A stretch of DNA of 62,614 nucleotides from Chloroflexota bacterium (GTDB taxonomy: Bacteria > Chloroflexota > Limnocylindria > Limnocylindrales > CSP1-4), in NCBI GenBank assembly GCA_016781485.1, contig JADDQH010000005.1:1-62614 (forward strand), given 5' to 3'. Shown here piece after piece: positions 26,422 to 35,371 of this stretch. The notes beneath the pieces are model-generated. The model saw nothing but the letters and a program-made list of their open reading frames with translations, was not told the DNA's origin and searched no databases. Each line of letters begins with the position of its first letter. Positions within the stretch are counted from its first letter, which is position 1. The position numbers and the translations under genes were made by a program.

Positions 26422-26703
26422 ATGGCCATGGTGCGGATCACGCCCGTGGAGGTTCAGGTCCGCTGCGACTGGTTCGACGGGACGCCGCGAAGCGTCCGGA
26501 TGGCGGACGAGGATGTACCGGTGGTCTCGGTGGCACGGGTGCGTCACGAGGCAGCGGCCTATCCGGCGCTGATCGGCCCGCGAACGCTGTTCGAGGTCGA
26601 GACGCCCCGGTCGCGCTTGTCGCTGACGTTCCAGCACCGCCAGCGGCGGTGGACCGTCGACGGACTCGACGCGGACGGTGGACGGCCGCCAGCGACCGCC
26701 TAG
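26422..26703 (+). CDS. 93-aa hypothetical protein, predicted LexA-regulated
   Basis: ATG 26422 is preceded by GGAAAGGAG. The sequence MAMVRITPVEVQVRCDWFDGTPRSVRMADEDVPVV... matches no family I can name with confidence. An SOS box lies 66 nt upstream. Confidence 0.6.
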   Translation: MAMVRITPVEVQVRCDWFDGTPRSVRMADEDVPVVSVARVRHEAAAYPALIGPRTLFEVETPRSRLSLTFQHRQRRWTVDGLDADGGRPPATA

Positions 26704-26869
26704 CGTCTCGATCGCTTCTCTCCCACCGCCCCGCCCGTCCCCACTCGGGCGGGGCGTCTTCGTGTCCCGCGACGCCCGAACTCCGGGCGGTATTCGTCCA
26801 TCCCGCGCCGTCGGACACTGGCCGAAGGCGGTGGAGTCGAGCCCCCCGCGCGTGCGAGAATCGTCGCGG

Positions 26870-27532
26870 ATGCGCGCCACGCCCGACTCCTTCGCCGATC
26901 TGACGCTCACCGCGTTCTGCGACCGTCTCGCGTCGCCCGACCCGATCCCTGGAGGGGGCAGCGCTTCCGCGGTCGCCGCAGGCATCGGAGCTTCTCTCGT
27001 CGTCATGGTGGCGCGGCTCTCCATGGATCGCCCCAAGTACGCCGCATATGCCGTGACACACGAGCGCGCGGTGGCCGAGGGCGAGAACGCGCGGCGGCGG
27101 TTCCTTCAGCTGGCCGACGAGGACGCGGCGGCGTACGGGCGGTTCGCTGATGCGCTGAAGCGGCCGCGAGAGACGCCCGAGCAGCACACCGAGCGCGCTC
27201 TGTCGCTGCGCGAGGCAGCACGAGAGGCGACGGAGGTGCCGATGGACGTGGTGCGGACGTGCCGGGAGGCGGCGGCGCTCGTGGAGTCGCTCGCAGGCCG
27301 GAGCAACCTCAACGCGTCAAGCGACCTCGATGTGGCCGGACTGCTCCTGCTCGCGGCTGCGCGCGGTGCGGGGGAGAACGTGCTCATCAACCTCCCGCGG
27401 GTGGAAGACGAGAAGCTCGCGGGTAGGCTCACCGCGCAGCTCGATGACCACCTCTACTGGATCGATCACGCGGTCCAGCGGACGCGGGAGATGGTCGGAA
27501 AGCGCGATCTACGAGACCCGGAGGACGCGTGA
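26870..27532 (+). CDS. formimidoyl-THF cyclodeaminase / methenyl-THF cyclohydrolase family protein (FTCD C-terminal domain type)
   Basis: PIPGGGSASAVAAGIGASLVVMVARLS is the cyclodeaminase family signature. All-helical, about 220 aa. Confidence 0.85.
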   Translation: MRATPDSFADLTLTAFCDRLASPDPIPGGGSASAVAAGIGASLVVMVARLSMDRPKYAAYAVTHERAVAEGENARRRFLQLADEDAAAYGRFADALKRPRETPEQHTERALSLREAAREATEVPMDVVRTCREAAALVESLAGRSNLNASSDLDVAGLLLLAAARGAGENVLINLPRVEDEKLAGRLTAQLDDHLYWIDHAVQRTREMVGKRDLRDPEDA

Positions 27533-28449
27533 GCACGACGACCGCCAGGACGGGAGTGCGAGCGGCGGTCGCAGAGCCGACGTCAACGGACTCGACCCAG
27601 ACGGCGCGGATCCTCCAGGGCTCTCCCATCGCCGGCGCGATGCGCGCCCGGGTCACCGAGGACGTTGTCGCGTTCCGCCAGCGCCACGGGTTCGCACCGA
27701 CGCTCGCCGTCGTGATGGTGGGCAGGGACGCGCCTTCGGCTGTGTATCTGCAGCAGATCATCCGGGGATGCGTGAAGGTCGGGGTCGAGGGGCGCGTGGT
27801 CGAGGTCCCGGAAGGCGCCGACGCCCGCGAGATCCAGCGTCAGATCCGCAGCTTGAACGACGATCCCCTCGTGAGCGGGATCATCATCCAGATGCCGCTG
27901 CCGGCTCACATCCCGCTGCGCGTGATCATCGATACGATCGATCCCGGCAAGGACATCGACGGGATCCACCCGATCAATGCCGGACTCCTGAGCCTCGGCT
28001 ATGACGGCTTCCTGCCTGCCACTGCGCACGCCGCCGTCCAGATCCTCCGCGCCTCCGGGTACGACCTGGAGGGGCTAGACGCGGTCGTGATCGGGCGCAG
28101 CAACGTGGTCGGCAAGCCGACCGGACTCCTGCTCCTCCGCGAACACTGCACGGTGACCGTATGTCACCGGAGGACGCGTGATCTCGCTGCCCAGACGCGC
28201 CGCGCGGACCTCGTCGTCGTCGCGGCGGGTTCGCCGGGCCTGGTCCGCGGCGACATGCTCAAGCCCGGCGCACTGGTCGTCGACGTCGGGATCAACGTCG
28301 TCGAGGACGGGATCGTAGGCGACGTCGACTTCGAATCCGCGAAGACCGTCGCTGGCGCGATCACGCCCGTGCCCGGAGGGGTCGGCCCCGTCACGAATGC
28401 CATCCTCATGGAGCATCTGATCCGAGCTGCGCGCGATCAGCACGGATGA
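27529..28449 (+). CDS. folD: bifunctional methylene-THF dehydrogenase / methenyl-THF cyclohydrolase
   Basis: LAVVMVGRDAPSAVYL, GIIIQMPLP, GRSNVVGKP and PVPGGVGPVT motifs. Confidence 0.95.
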   Translation: MSTTTARTGVRAAVAEPTSTDSTQTARILQGSPIAGAMRARVTEDVVAFRQRHGFAPTLAVVMVGRDAPSAVYLQQIIRGCVKVGVEGRVVEVPEGADAREIQRQIRSLNDDPLVSGIIIQMPLPAHIPLRVIIDTIDPGKDIDGIHPINAGLLSLGYDGFLPATAHAAVQILRASGYDLEGLDAVVIGRSNVVGKPTGLLLLREHCTVTVCHRRTRDLAAQTRRADLVVVAAGSPGLVRGDMLKPGALVVDVGINVVEDGIVGDVDFESAKTVAGAITPVPGGVGPVTNAILMEHLIRAARDQHG

Positions 28450-28509
28450 GAGGCCACGCTGGGCGCGGCGCGGGATGACGCGGCCACGCACGGCACAGCA
28501 CCAGAACGG

Positions 28510-30202
28510 ATGACGAGCAGTCTCGCGATCGCCCAGGCCGCTCGACTTCGCCCGATCGCCGACATCGGCTCAGCGCTCGGTCTCCTGCCGGACGAGCTCG
28601 AGCTCTACGGACCACACAAGGCGAAGGTCCGCCTCGAGGTCCTCGACCGCCTCGCCGATCGGCCCGACGGACGCCTGATCGTGGTCACCGCGATCACGCC
28701 GACACCCCTCGGGGAGGGGAAGACGACGACGACCATCGGGCTCGCGCAGGGGCTCAACCGGATCGGCGTGCCGACCGCGGCGAACATTCGCCAGGCATCT
28801 CTCGGCCCGGTGTTCGGCCTCAAGGGAGGCGCCGCGGGCGGCGGGCGGAGCCAGATCGTTCCGATGGAGGACGTCAACCTCCACCTCACCGGCGATAACC
28901 ACGCCGTCACCGCGGCGCACAACCTCGCATCGGCCTTCCTTGACAACCACCTCTACCGGGGCAACGAGTTCGGCATCGACCCCCGCACGATCAGTTGGCC
29001 CCGAGTGGTCGACAGCAATGACCGCGTCCTTCGGCGGGCGCTGATCGGCCTCGGTGAGGGAGGAGGGGCGCTCCCGCGCGAAGCGGAGTGGCATATCACC
29101 GCGGCCTCCGAGGTCATGGCGATCCTGGCGCTCGCCTCCGGCCTGCACGACCTCCGCGCTCGCCTCGGGCGGATCGTCGTCGGCGAACGCTTCGACCGGA
29201 GCCCGGTCTCGCTCGAGGAGCTGAAGGTCGCCGGCGCGATGACGGTCCTGCTCCGCGACGCCATCAAGCCGAACCTGCTCCAGACCCTCGAGGGAGGGCC
29301 CGCCTTCGTCCACGCCGGGCCGTTCGCGAACATCGCACACGGGAACAGCTCGGTACTCGCCGACCGCGTCGGGCTGAAGCTGGCCGACGCCGTGTGCACG
29401 GAGGCCGGATTCGGGGCGGACATGGGGTTCCAGAAGTTCATCGACATCAAGTGTCGACTGAGCGGGCTCCGACCCTCGGCGGCCGTGGTGGTCGCGACGG
29501 TCCGTGCACTCAAGATGCACGGCGGTGTGGGCAGGATCGCCGCGTGGAAGACGCTCGATCCCGCGCTTGCGGAGGAGGATGCTGACGCCGTGCGACGCGG
29601 AGCGGAGAACCTCGCGAAGCAGATCGAGAATGTGCTGGGGTATGGCGTGCCCTGCGTGGTCGCCATCAACGCCTTCCCCGCCGACTGCCCATCCGAAGTG
29701 GCGGCGATCCGCGAGGTCGCGCTCCATGCCGGCGCGCGCGACGCGGTCGTATCGACGCACTTCGCGGACGGCGGCGCGGGTGCCGAGTCGCTGGCGCATG
29801 CAGTGTGGGCCGCGGCCGAAGAGGGGGCGCCTGAGCTCCGGCTGCGCGGACGAGACCGGGTTGAGGGACAAGATCGAGGCGGTCGCGACGCGGATCTACG
29901 GCGCCGACGGGATCGACGTTTCGCCGGAGGCTGCCAGCGAGCTCGAGGAGTTCGAGCGGCTGGGCTACGGCACGCTCCCCGTCTGCATGGCGAAGACCGC
30001 GCTATCCCTCAGCCATGATCCGGAGCTGAAGGGCCGCCCCCGGGGGTTTCGTGTGCCGATCCGGGAAGCCCGGCTGTTCGCCGGGGCCGGCTTCGTGACC
30101 GCCTACTGCGGCGACATGCGGACGATGCCGGGACTGCCGTCGCGACCAGCGGGCGAGTCTGTCGACATCGATGCCGACGGGAGGATAGTCGGGCTGTTCT
30201 AG
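28510..30202 (+). pseudogene. fhs: formate--tetrahydrofolate ligase, interrupted by a frameshift near 29845-29851
   Basis: N-terminal 445 aa (TPTPLGEGKTTTTIGL...) are in one frame. The conserved C-terminus (DETGLRDKIEAVATRIYGADG...LPVCMAKT...MPGLP...IVGLF) continues in the frame of track ORF 29504-30202. Confidence 0.9.
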
Positions 30203-30840
30203 GTCGTCGCGAGGTAGAACAGGAACGCGATCCCGCCGCCGACCAGGACGCCCGCGAGGCTCGCGCCCCACGCGGCGAGATCGATCGGTCCCAGTCGCGG
30301 CTCTCCGTGACCTTCTGCGTGTCCTGCCGGATCGTCCACAGCGTGACCCGGCGCGTGCGCTTCTGCGGCTGCGCCCCGGCCCGTTCCATGCACCGCCGAG
30401 CCGTGCCCGGAGTAGTCCGTGTGCCCGAGTGCGTGCCCCGCCTCCGCCGCGTGGATCGCGTCGTGATCGCGAGTCGCTCCGTACCCCTCGCTCGCGGCGT
30501 GAGCGCTCTCCGTGTCGCCCCCGGGATGCCGGCCGGGGTGGGCGGTCGGCTCCGAGTGGGACTCGGCATAGTCCGGCCCGGGCCCGCCGAGCCGCTGGTG
30601 CCCCGCGTTCACGCCCGGGACCTCCCGGGGCCCCCCACCGTGCTCCTCCGTCGACCGCTGCGTCCGGATATCGCCGCCCTGTGTACGCACGAGATCGCCG
30701 TCGTGAGCGTTCCGCTCCTTCTCGGAGGGATCCGGAAGGTCGGCAGCATCGACGCGGCGGCGTCCCTGGCCCGGCGCCGTCGGATCGATTCCCATCCGCT
30801 CGGGCGTCGTAGACCCCTCGTCCTGGCGTCGATCGCTCAC
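30199..30840 (-). CDS. histidine-rich, low-complexity, C-terminally membrane-anchored protein
   Basis: 213 aa with 17 His, mostly in GH/AH dipeptides. Single C-terminal TM segment (ASLAGVLVGGGIAFLFYLATT). GTG start overlaps the stop of the upstream binding-protein gene (GTGA). Confidence 0.6.
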   Translation of the reverse strand: MSDRRQDEGSTTPERMGIDPTAPGQGRRRVDAADLPDPSEKERNAHDGDLVRTQGGDIRTQRSTEEHGGGPREVPGVNAGHQRLGGPGPDYAESHSEPTAHPGRHPGGDTESAHAASEGYGATRDHDAIHAAEAGHALGHTDYSGHGSAVHGTGRGAAAEAHAPGHAVDDPAGHAEGHGEPRLGPIDLAAWGASLAGVLVGGGIAFLFYLATT

Positions 30841-31883
30841 GGGAGAAGATCCTCGCTCACCAGCCGGTCGACCGTGACCGGTTCACGCACGGGGCTCTCC
30901 GGCAGCGACCGCATGAACTCCACTGACTTCGTCCAGGCGTCCCGGTCGATCGCCCCCAGGCCGTTGGCCGCAGTGTGGGGGCTCCGCCAGGTCTCGATCG
31001 TCGCGCGCAGCACGGCGAGCTGCCCTTCGCGGTCCTGGCCAAGTTCCGGAACCCGCTTGACGGCGGCGTCGAGCCCTACCTTCGGGTCCGCTTCGATCTC
31101 TCGCATCGCTCGAAGTGTCCCATCGACGAACGCCCGCAGCGCCTCCCGCTTCGTCCGCTGGGTCTGTTCGCCCGTGATGAGCCCGGGTCCGGGCAGTGGT
31201 GTGATCTCGTCGACCCGCAGGACCGTCGCGTCCTCCCCGCTCCGCTCCAGCTGCACGGGCTCGTTGTTCACGAACCCCGTCGCGGCGTCGACGGCCCCCT
31301 GTCGGACGCCGACGAGCTGGCCGAAGTCCGGGTAGAGGACGATCTCCAGGTCGGCGGGCGTCAGCCCGGCCGACTTGAGCAGCGCCTGGAGCATCACCCA
31401 GCTGCTCCCGAACTTCCCGGGGATCCCGACCTTGCGCCCCTTGAGGTCCGCGGCCGTTTCGATCCCGCTCGTGGCCTTCGCGAAGACGACGCTCGGGAAC
31501 CGCGAGTAGATGGAGGCCACGTAGCGGACGGGGATCCCCTGGCTGACGGCCGCGATGACGCTCGTCCCGTCAGCGATCCCGACGTCGACCGCGCCCTGGC
31601 CGACGAGCGTTACGAGCTCGGGATCGATCTTGTTCTGGAACTCGACGTCCAGCCCGGCGTCCCGGTAATACCCCCGCTGCTCGGCAAGGTAGAACTGCGC
31701 GAACTGGACGCTGGGGATGTATCCCAGCCCGACGACGAGGCGATCGGGCGTTCCGGCGCCCGAAGCCGCTCCTCCCGCCGTGGGTGCTGGCGCGGTCGCG
31801 GGGGTGGCGGCGCAGGCTGACAACGCGAGCGTCGCGGTGATCAGAGCGGACAGCGGTCGGCGAATGGGCACGGGGACCTCCAA
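30837..31883 (-). CDS. ABC transporter substrate-binding lipoprotein, NMT1/THI5/SsuA-like
   Basis: Lipobox LALSAC. LVVGLGYIPSVQFAQFYLAEQRGYYRDAGLDVEF is typical of NMT1/SsuA-type binding proteins. Confidence 0.85.
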   Translation of the reverse strand: MEVPVPIRRPLSALITATLALSACAATPATAPAPTAGGAASGAGTPDRLVVGLGYIPSVQFAQFYLAEQRGYYRDAGLDVEFQNKIDPELVTLVGQGAVDVGIADGTSVIAAVSQGIPVRYVASIYSRFPSVVFAKATSGIETAADLKGRKVGIPGKFGSSWVMLQALLKSAGLTPADLEIVLYPDFGQLVGVRQGAVDAATGFVNNEPVQLERSGEDATVLRVDEITPLPGPGLITGEQTQRTKREALRAFVDGTLRAMREIEADPKVGLDAAVKRVPELGQDREGQLAVLRATIETWRSPHTAANGLGAIDRDAWTKSVEFMRSLPESPVREPVTVDRLVSEDLLP

Positions 31884-31889
31884 GGGGAA

Positions 31890-32705
31890 CTAGGCTCGGG
31901 CGCCGACGATCCGGCGCTCCACGAGGACGATCAGGGAGTAGAGCGCGACGCCGATCAGCGCGAGCATGGCGAGCGCGGCGAACAGAAGGGGTGTGTCGAA
32001 CAGGGAGCCACGCGCGAGGAGGATCAGAGCGCCCAACCCTCGCTCCGGGCCCGCCCACTCGGCGATGACGGCCCCGATCACTGCGAGGGTGACACCGACG
32101 CGCATGCCGCCGAGGATCGCGGGCAGTGCCGCGGGGACCTCGAGCTTCACGAGGATCTGGCGTCGCGTGGCGCGGAGCGCGCGCCCGAGCTCGAGCAGTC
32201 CGGCGTCGACCGACCTGATGCCGACCATCGTCGCGACCGCGACGGGGAAGAAGACGATCAGCGAGCAGATGATCACCTTGCTCAGAAGGCCGCTCCCGAA
32301 CCACAGCGCGATGAGGGGCGCCAGCGCCAGGATCGGGGTCGCCTGCGCGGCTACCAGGTACGGCGAGAGGAGGCGCTCGACAAGCCGGGACCGGGCCAGG
32401 AGGTACCCGACGACTACGGCAAGAGTCGCGCCGACCGAGAACCCCAGCGCGATCTCGAGCAGCGTCGCGGCGGCGTGGTGGATGAGGATGCCGTCGATGA
32501 GCGCCTCGAGGAACCGCGCCGCCACGACCTCTGGCGCAGGCAGGATGAACGGGGGGTACCCGCCGACGACGACGAGTAGCTTCCAGGCGCCGATGAACAG
32601 TACGGCCGCCACGAGGACGGGGAGGGCATCTTGGAGGGAGCCGTAGGCGGCCCTGTGAGTCGAAGCCCTCATCTGGTTTCCTCGCGCCTGAAGAGCTCGA
32701 ACCAC
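31890..32705 (-). CDS. ABC transporter permease (SsuC/TauC-like)
   Basis: BPD-type permease with an EAA-like loop (ELGRALRATRRQILVKLEVPAALP). Confidence 0.9.
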   Translation of the reverse strand: MVRALQARGNQMRASTHRAAYGSLQDALPVLVAAVLFIGAWKLLVVVGGYPPFILPAPEVVAARFLEALIDGILIHHAAATLLEIALGFSVGATLAVVVGYLLARSRLVERLLSPYLVAAQATPILALAPLIALWFGSGLLSKVIICSLIVFFPVAVATMVGIRSVDAGLLELGRALRATRRQILVKLEVPAALPAILGGMRVGVTLAVIGAVIAEWAGPERGLGALILLARGSLFDTPLLFAALAMLALIGVALYSLIVLVERRIVGARA

Positions 32706-33562
32706 GACCTGCGGGCGACCGATCCGGTGTCTGGCGGACCTGGTGCCGACGGACCGTCCGCGGAGGCGACTCGTTCGGCGCGGAGGGTCGCGTCGGCTCG
32801 ATCACCGTCGTCGACCAGAAGATGCTCGCGGATGATGGCGGCCGTTCGAGAGACCGCCGCGGCGTCCAGCGATGCGAGTGGGCGCGGCCTTGGGAGCTCG
32901 ACGGGCACGTCCGTGACGACCCGTCCCGGCCGGGGTGACAGCACGATCACGCGGTCGGCGAGGTAGATCGCCTCCTGGATGCTGTGAGTGACCACGAGAA
33001 TCGTCGTGCCGGTTCGCTCCCAAAGAGAGAGCAACTCCACGTTGAACCTCTCCCGAGTAAGCGCGTCGAGCGCGCTGAACGGCTCGTCCAACAACAGCAC
33101 CGAGGGCTCCAGCGCGAGCGCTCGTGCGATCGCGACACGCTGGCGTATGCCACCCGACAGCTGATGCGGTCGCAGTCGCGCAACGTCCTCCACGCCGACG
33201 ATGTCGAGGAGTTCCCTCGCCCGGCGTTCGCGCCGGCCGCGTTCCCAGCCCGCGAGCTCGAGCGGGAAGGCGACGTTCGCAAGTGCATCTCGCCAGGGAA
33301 GGAGCCGAGGTTCCTGGAAGACGAGCGCGACACGCGGGTCGGGACCGTGCACCGACCGGCCGTCGAGCGCGACCACGCCGTCGTCGGGCGGCAACAGCCC
33401 GGCCACGAGGCGTAGGAGCGTGCTCTTCCCACACCCGTTCGGGCCGACGATCGCCGCGATGTGTCGCTCAGGGACGTCGAACGAGACGCGGTCGAGAGCG
33501 AGCACGGGTGCTTCCCGCGTGGTGAAGCTGCGGCTGACGTTCGAGATCTCGATGATGGCCAG
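32669..33562 (-). CDS. ABC transporter ATP-binding protein (SsuB/TauB-like), probable CTG start
   Basis: Walker A GPNGCGKST, signature LSGGIRQRV, Walker B LLLDEPFSALD. The conserved first strand LAIIEISNVSRSF lies upstream of the first GTG (33505). CTG 33562 is preceded by GGGAG at 7-nt spacing and by an in-frame TGA at 33566-33568. Confidence 0.88.
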   Translation of the reverse strand: MAIIEISNVSRSFTTREAPVLALDRVSFDVPERHIAAIVGPNGCGKSTLLRLVAGLLPPDDGVVALDGRSVHGPDPRVALVFQEPRLLPWRDALANVAFPLELAGWERGRRERRARELLDIVGVEDVARLRPHQLSGGIRQRVAIARALALEPSVLLLDEPFSALDALTRERFNVELLSLWERTGTTILVVTHSIQEAIYLADRVIVLSPRPGRVVTDVPVELPRPRPLASLDAAAVSRTAAIIREHLLVDDGDRADATLRAERVASADGPSAPGPPDTGSVARRSWFELFRREETR

Positions 33563-33916
33563 CGGTCATCTCCCGGTGCTGACCTCGCCACTCGGATCAG
33601 ACATCGGGTGGCCTGCTCGGCCCGGGAGAATGGGGCTGGACAGCCGCCGCGGGACGCCACGACGCGTGCATGGGCGTCGGACGACCGCGCGGCCGGCGTT
33701 ACCTGCCTTCTCCCATCCGGACTCTGACCGTCGGCTCCCTGCCAGGGGATCCACCGTCACCGCTTTGAACGCGGTGCCGGGTCGTGGGCTGGCGTAGAAC
33801 GGCTGGCGCCGTCTCCGCCGACCACCGGTCGGGACTTCCACCCAACCCCGAAGGCGAGGCGTGTTCGTGATGTGCGGCGAAGGATAGCAGGGGTGCCTGA
33901 CGCACTCCCGGACGCG

Positions 33917-34696
33917 TCAGGTGACAGCCTGCCCTTCACGGCAGAGCGCGACGCAGCACGTGTCCGGCCGTTCGTCAAGCCGCGCGCTGATGCCGGCCGC
34001 GGCCAGCCCGTCGAGGAAGCCCTGCATGAGCCACAGGTTCATCCCGCACACGAGGTCGTGGTGCTCTCTCGCCAGGGCGTCGAACGGGCAGTTACGCAGC
34101 CGGATCGTCTCCTCTTCCGCTGCGTATGGCTCGAAGCCGTAGCGCTCGAGGACCTCGATGCCCTCCTCGAGCAGGGCCTCGACCTCGGGCTCCTCGCTCT
34201 CAGTGGCGGTAGATGCGTCGGGGGGAGCCGCAGGGGCACGGTCGCGAGCGCCGCGTCGGTCGCCCGCCCTCTTGCGCGCTTCCTTGCCGAGATCGCGACC
34301 GAACTCCTGCGCCGCCTCGGCCAGTGCATCCCGGGGCGGCTTCCCGCCGTGCCCATCGAGCGCTCGCGCGAACAGCTGCGCGGCGAGCTCGTAATGCCGA
34401 GGCGGGAACGAGATGTCGAGCTGGCGGGATGCGCGACGGTAGAGCTTGGCGGGCCGTCCTGCTCCGGGCCCCGTCCGCCCCGACGTCCGCCGATACTCCG
34501 CCGTCAACAGTCCTTCGCGGACCATCCTGTCCAGATGGAACGCCGCGAGCGCTCGCGAGATCGCGAGCGCCTCGGCCGCCTCGTCGCGGCCCACCGGCTG
34601 CGGCTGTCTGGCAACGTACTCGTACAGTCGGCGCCGGATGGGCTCCGCGAGGACGCCGACGGCCTCGATGTCGCTTGTTGCTGTGGTCCGCACCAT
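33917..34696 (-). CDS. helix-turn-helix (ArsR-like) transcriptional regulator with Cys-rich C-terminal domain
   Basis: LAEPIRRRLYEYVARQPQPVGRDEAAEALAISRALAAFHLDRMVREGLL is a wHTH. The C-terminal part contains NCPF...VCGMN...CCVALC. Confidence 0.8.
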   Translation of the reverse strand: MVRTTATSDIEAVGVLAEPIRRRLYEYVARQPQPVGRDEAAEALAISRALAAFHLDRMVREGLLTAEYRRTSGRTGPGAGRPAKLYRRASRQLDISFPPRHYELAAQLFARALDGHGGKPPRDALAEAAQEFGRDLGKEARKRAGDRRGARDRAPAAPPDASTATESEEPEVEALLEEGIEVLERYGFEPYAAEEETIRLRNCPFDALAREHHDLVCGMNLWLMQGFLDGLAAAGISARLDERPDTCCVALCREGQAVT

Positions 34697-34733
34697 CCGG
34701 AGATACTAAAACAAGCGGGCACTAGCGCAAACC

Positions 34734-34763
34734 TTGACGCCACAGAGGATCGACCGTTAATAT
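34734..34763 (+). promoter_or_regulatory. candidate promoter TTGACG-18-TAATAT
   Basis: Consensus-like hexamers in the locally AT-richer intergenic region upstream of the DUF2231 gene. Confidence 0.4.
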
Positions 34764-34814
34764 CGCGAGCCGTAGCTAGCGGTAGAGAGTCGTGAAGGAC
34801 GGAGGCTCGTAGAC

Positions 34815-35315
34815 ATGGAAAGCAGGGTGAAGGCGCTGGGGCACCCCATCCATCCCATGCTCATCCCGTTCCCCATCGGCCTCCTCTCCACGGCGGTCGT
34901 GTTCGATGTCATCTCGCTCGTCACGGGCAACGGCGAGTGGGCGAGGGTCGCGTTCTGGATGATCGCCGCCGGCGTCATCGGCGGCCTCGGCGCGATGGTC
35001 TTCGGCTGGCTCGACTTCGCGGCCATCCCGGCGGGCACGCGGGCGAAGAAGATCGGGCTCATGCACGGGACCGGCAATATGCTCGTACTCGTCCTGTTCG
35101 CCGCGAGCTGGTTCCTCCGGACCGGCACGCCGGATCGGACCGGTGGACTCCCCTTCGTGCTGGGGATCGTCGGCGTGGCTCTCGTCACCGCGACCGGGTG
35201 GCTCGGCGGCGAGCTCGTCGAGAGGATGGGCGTCGGCGTCGACGAGGGTGCGAACGTCGACTCGCCGAACTCCCTCAGTGGAAGACCGGCGGCACAAGCG
35301 GATCGGCGCGTCTAG
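34815..35315 (+). CDS. DUF2231 domain membrane protein
   Basis: GHPIHPMLIPFPIGLL...MHGTGNMLVLVLF is the DUF2231 pattern. Four TM segments. Confidence 0.8.
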   Translation: MESRVKALGHPIHPMLIPFPIGLLSTAVVFDVISLVTGNGEWARVAFWMIAAGVIGGLGAMVFGWLDFAAIPAGTRAKKIGLMHGTGNMLVLVLFAASWFLRTGTPDRTGGLPFVLGIVGVALVTATGWLGGELVERMGVGVDEGANVDSPNSLSGRPAAQADRRV

Positions 35316-35371
35316 CGCTTCATGTTCGCTGGCGGCGTTCGCCGTCGTCGCGCGAGACCATCCCCTGTTCG

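Noticed and set aside
33570-33660. TPP riboswitch upstream of the NMT1/THI5-type ABC importer.
   Set aside because: Only partial resemblance (ACCC...CUGAUCCG...GGGA). The invariant CUGAGA and GGGGUGC elements are absent (GCCGAGC in their place). It cannot be called without a covariance-model scan.
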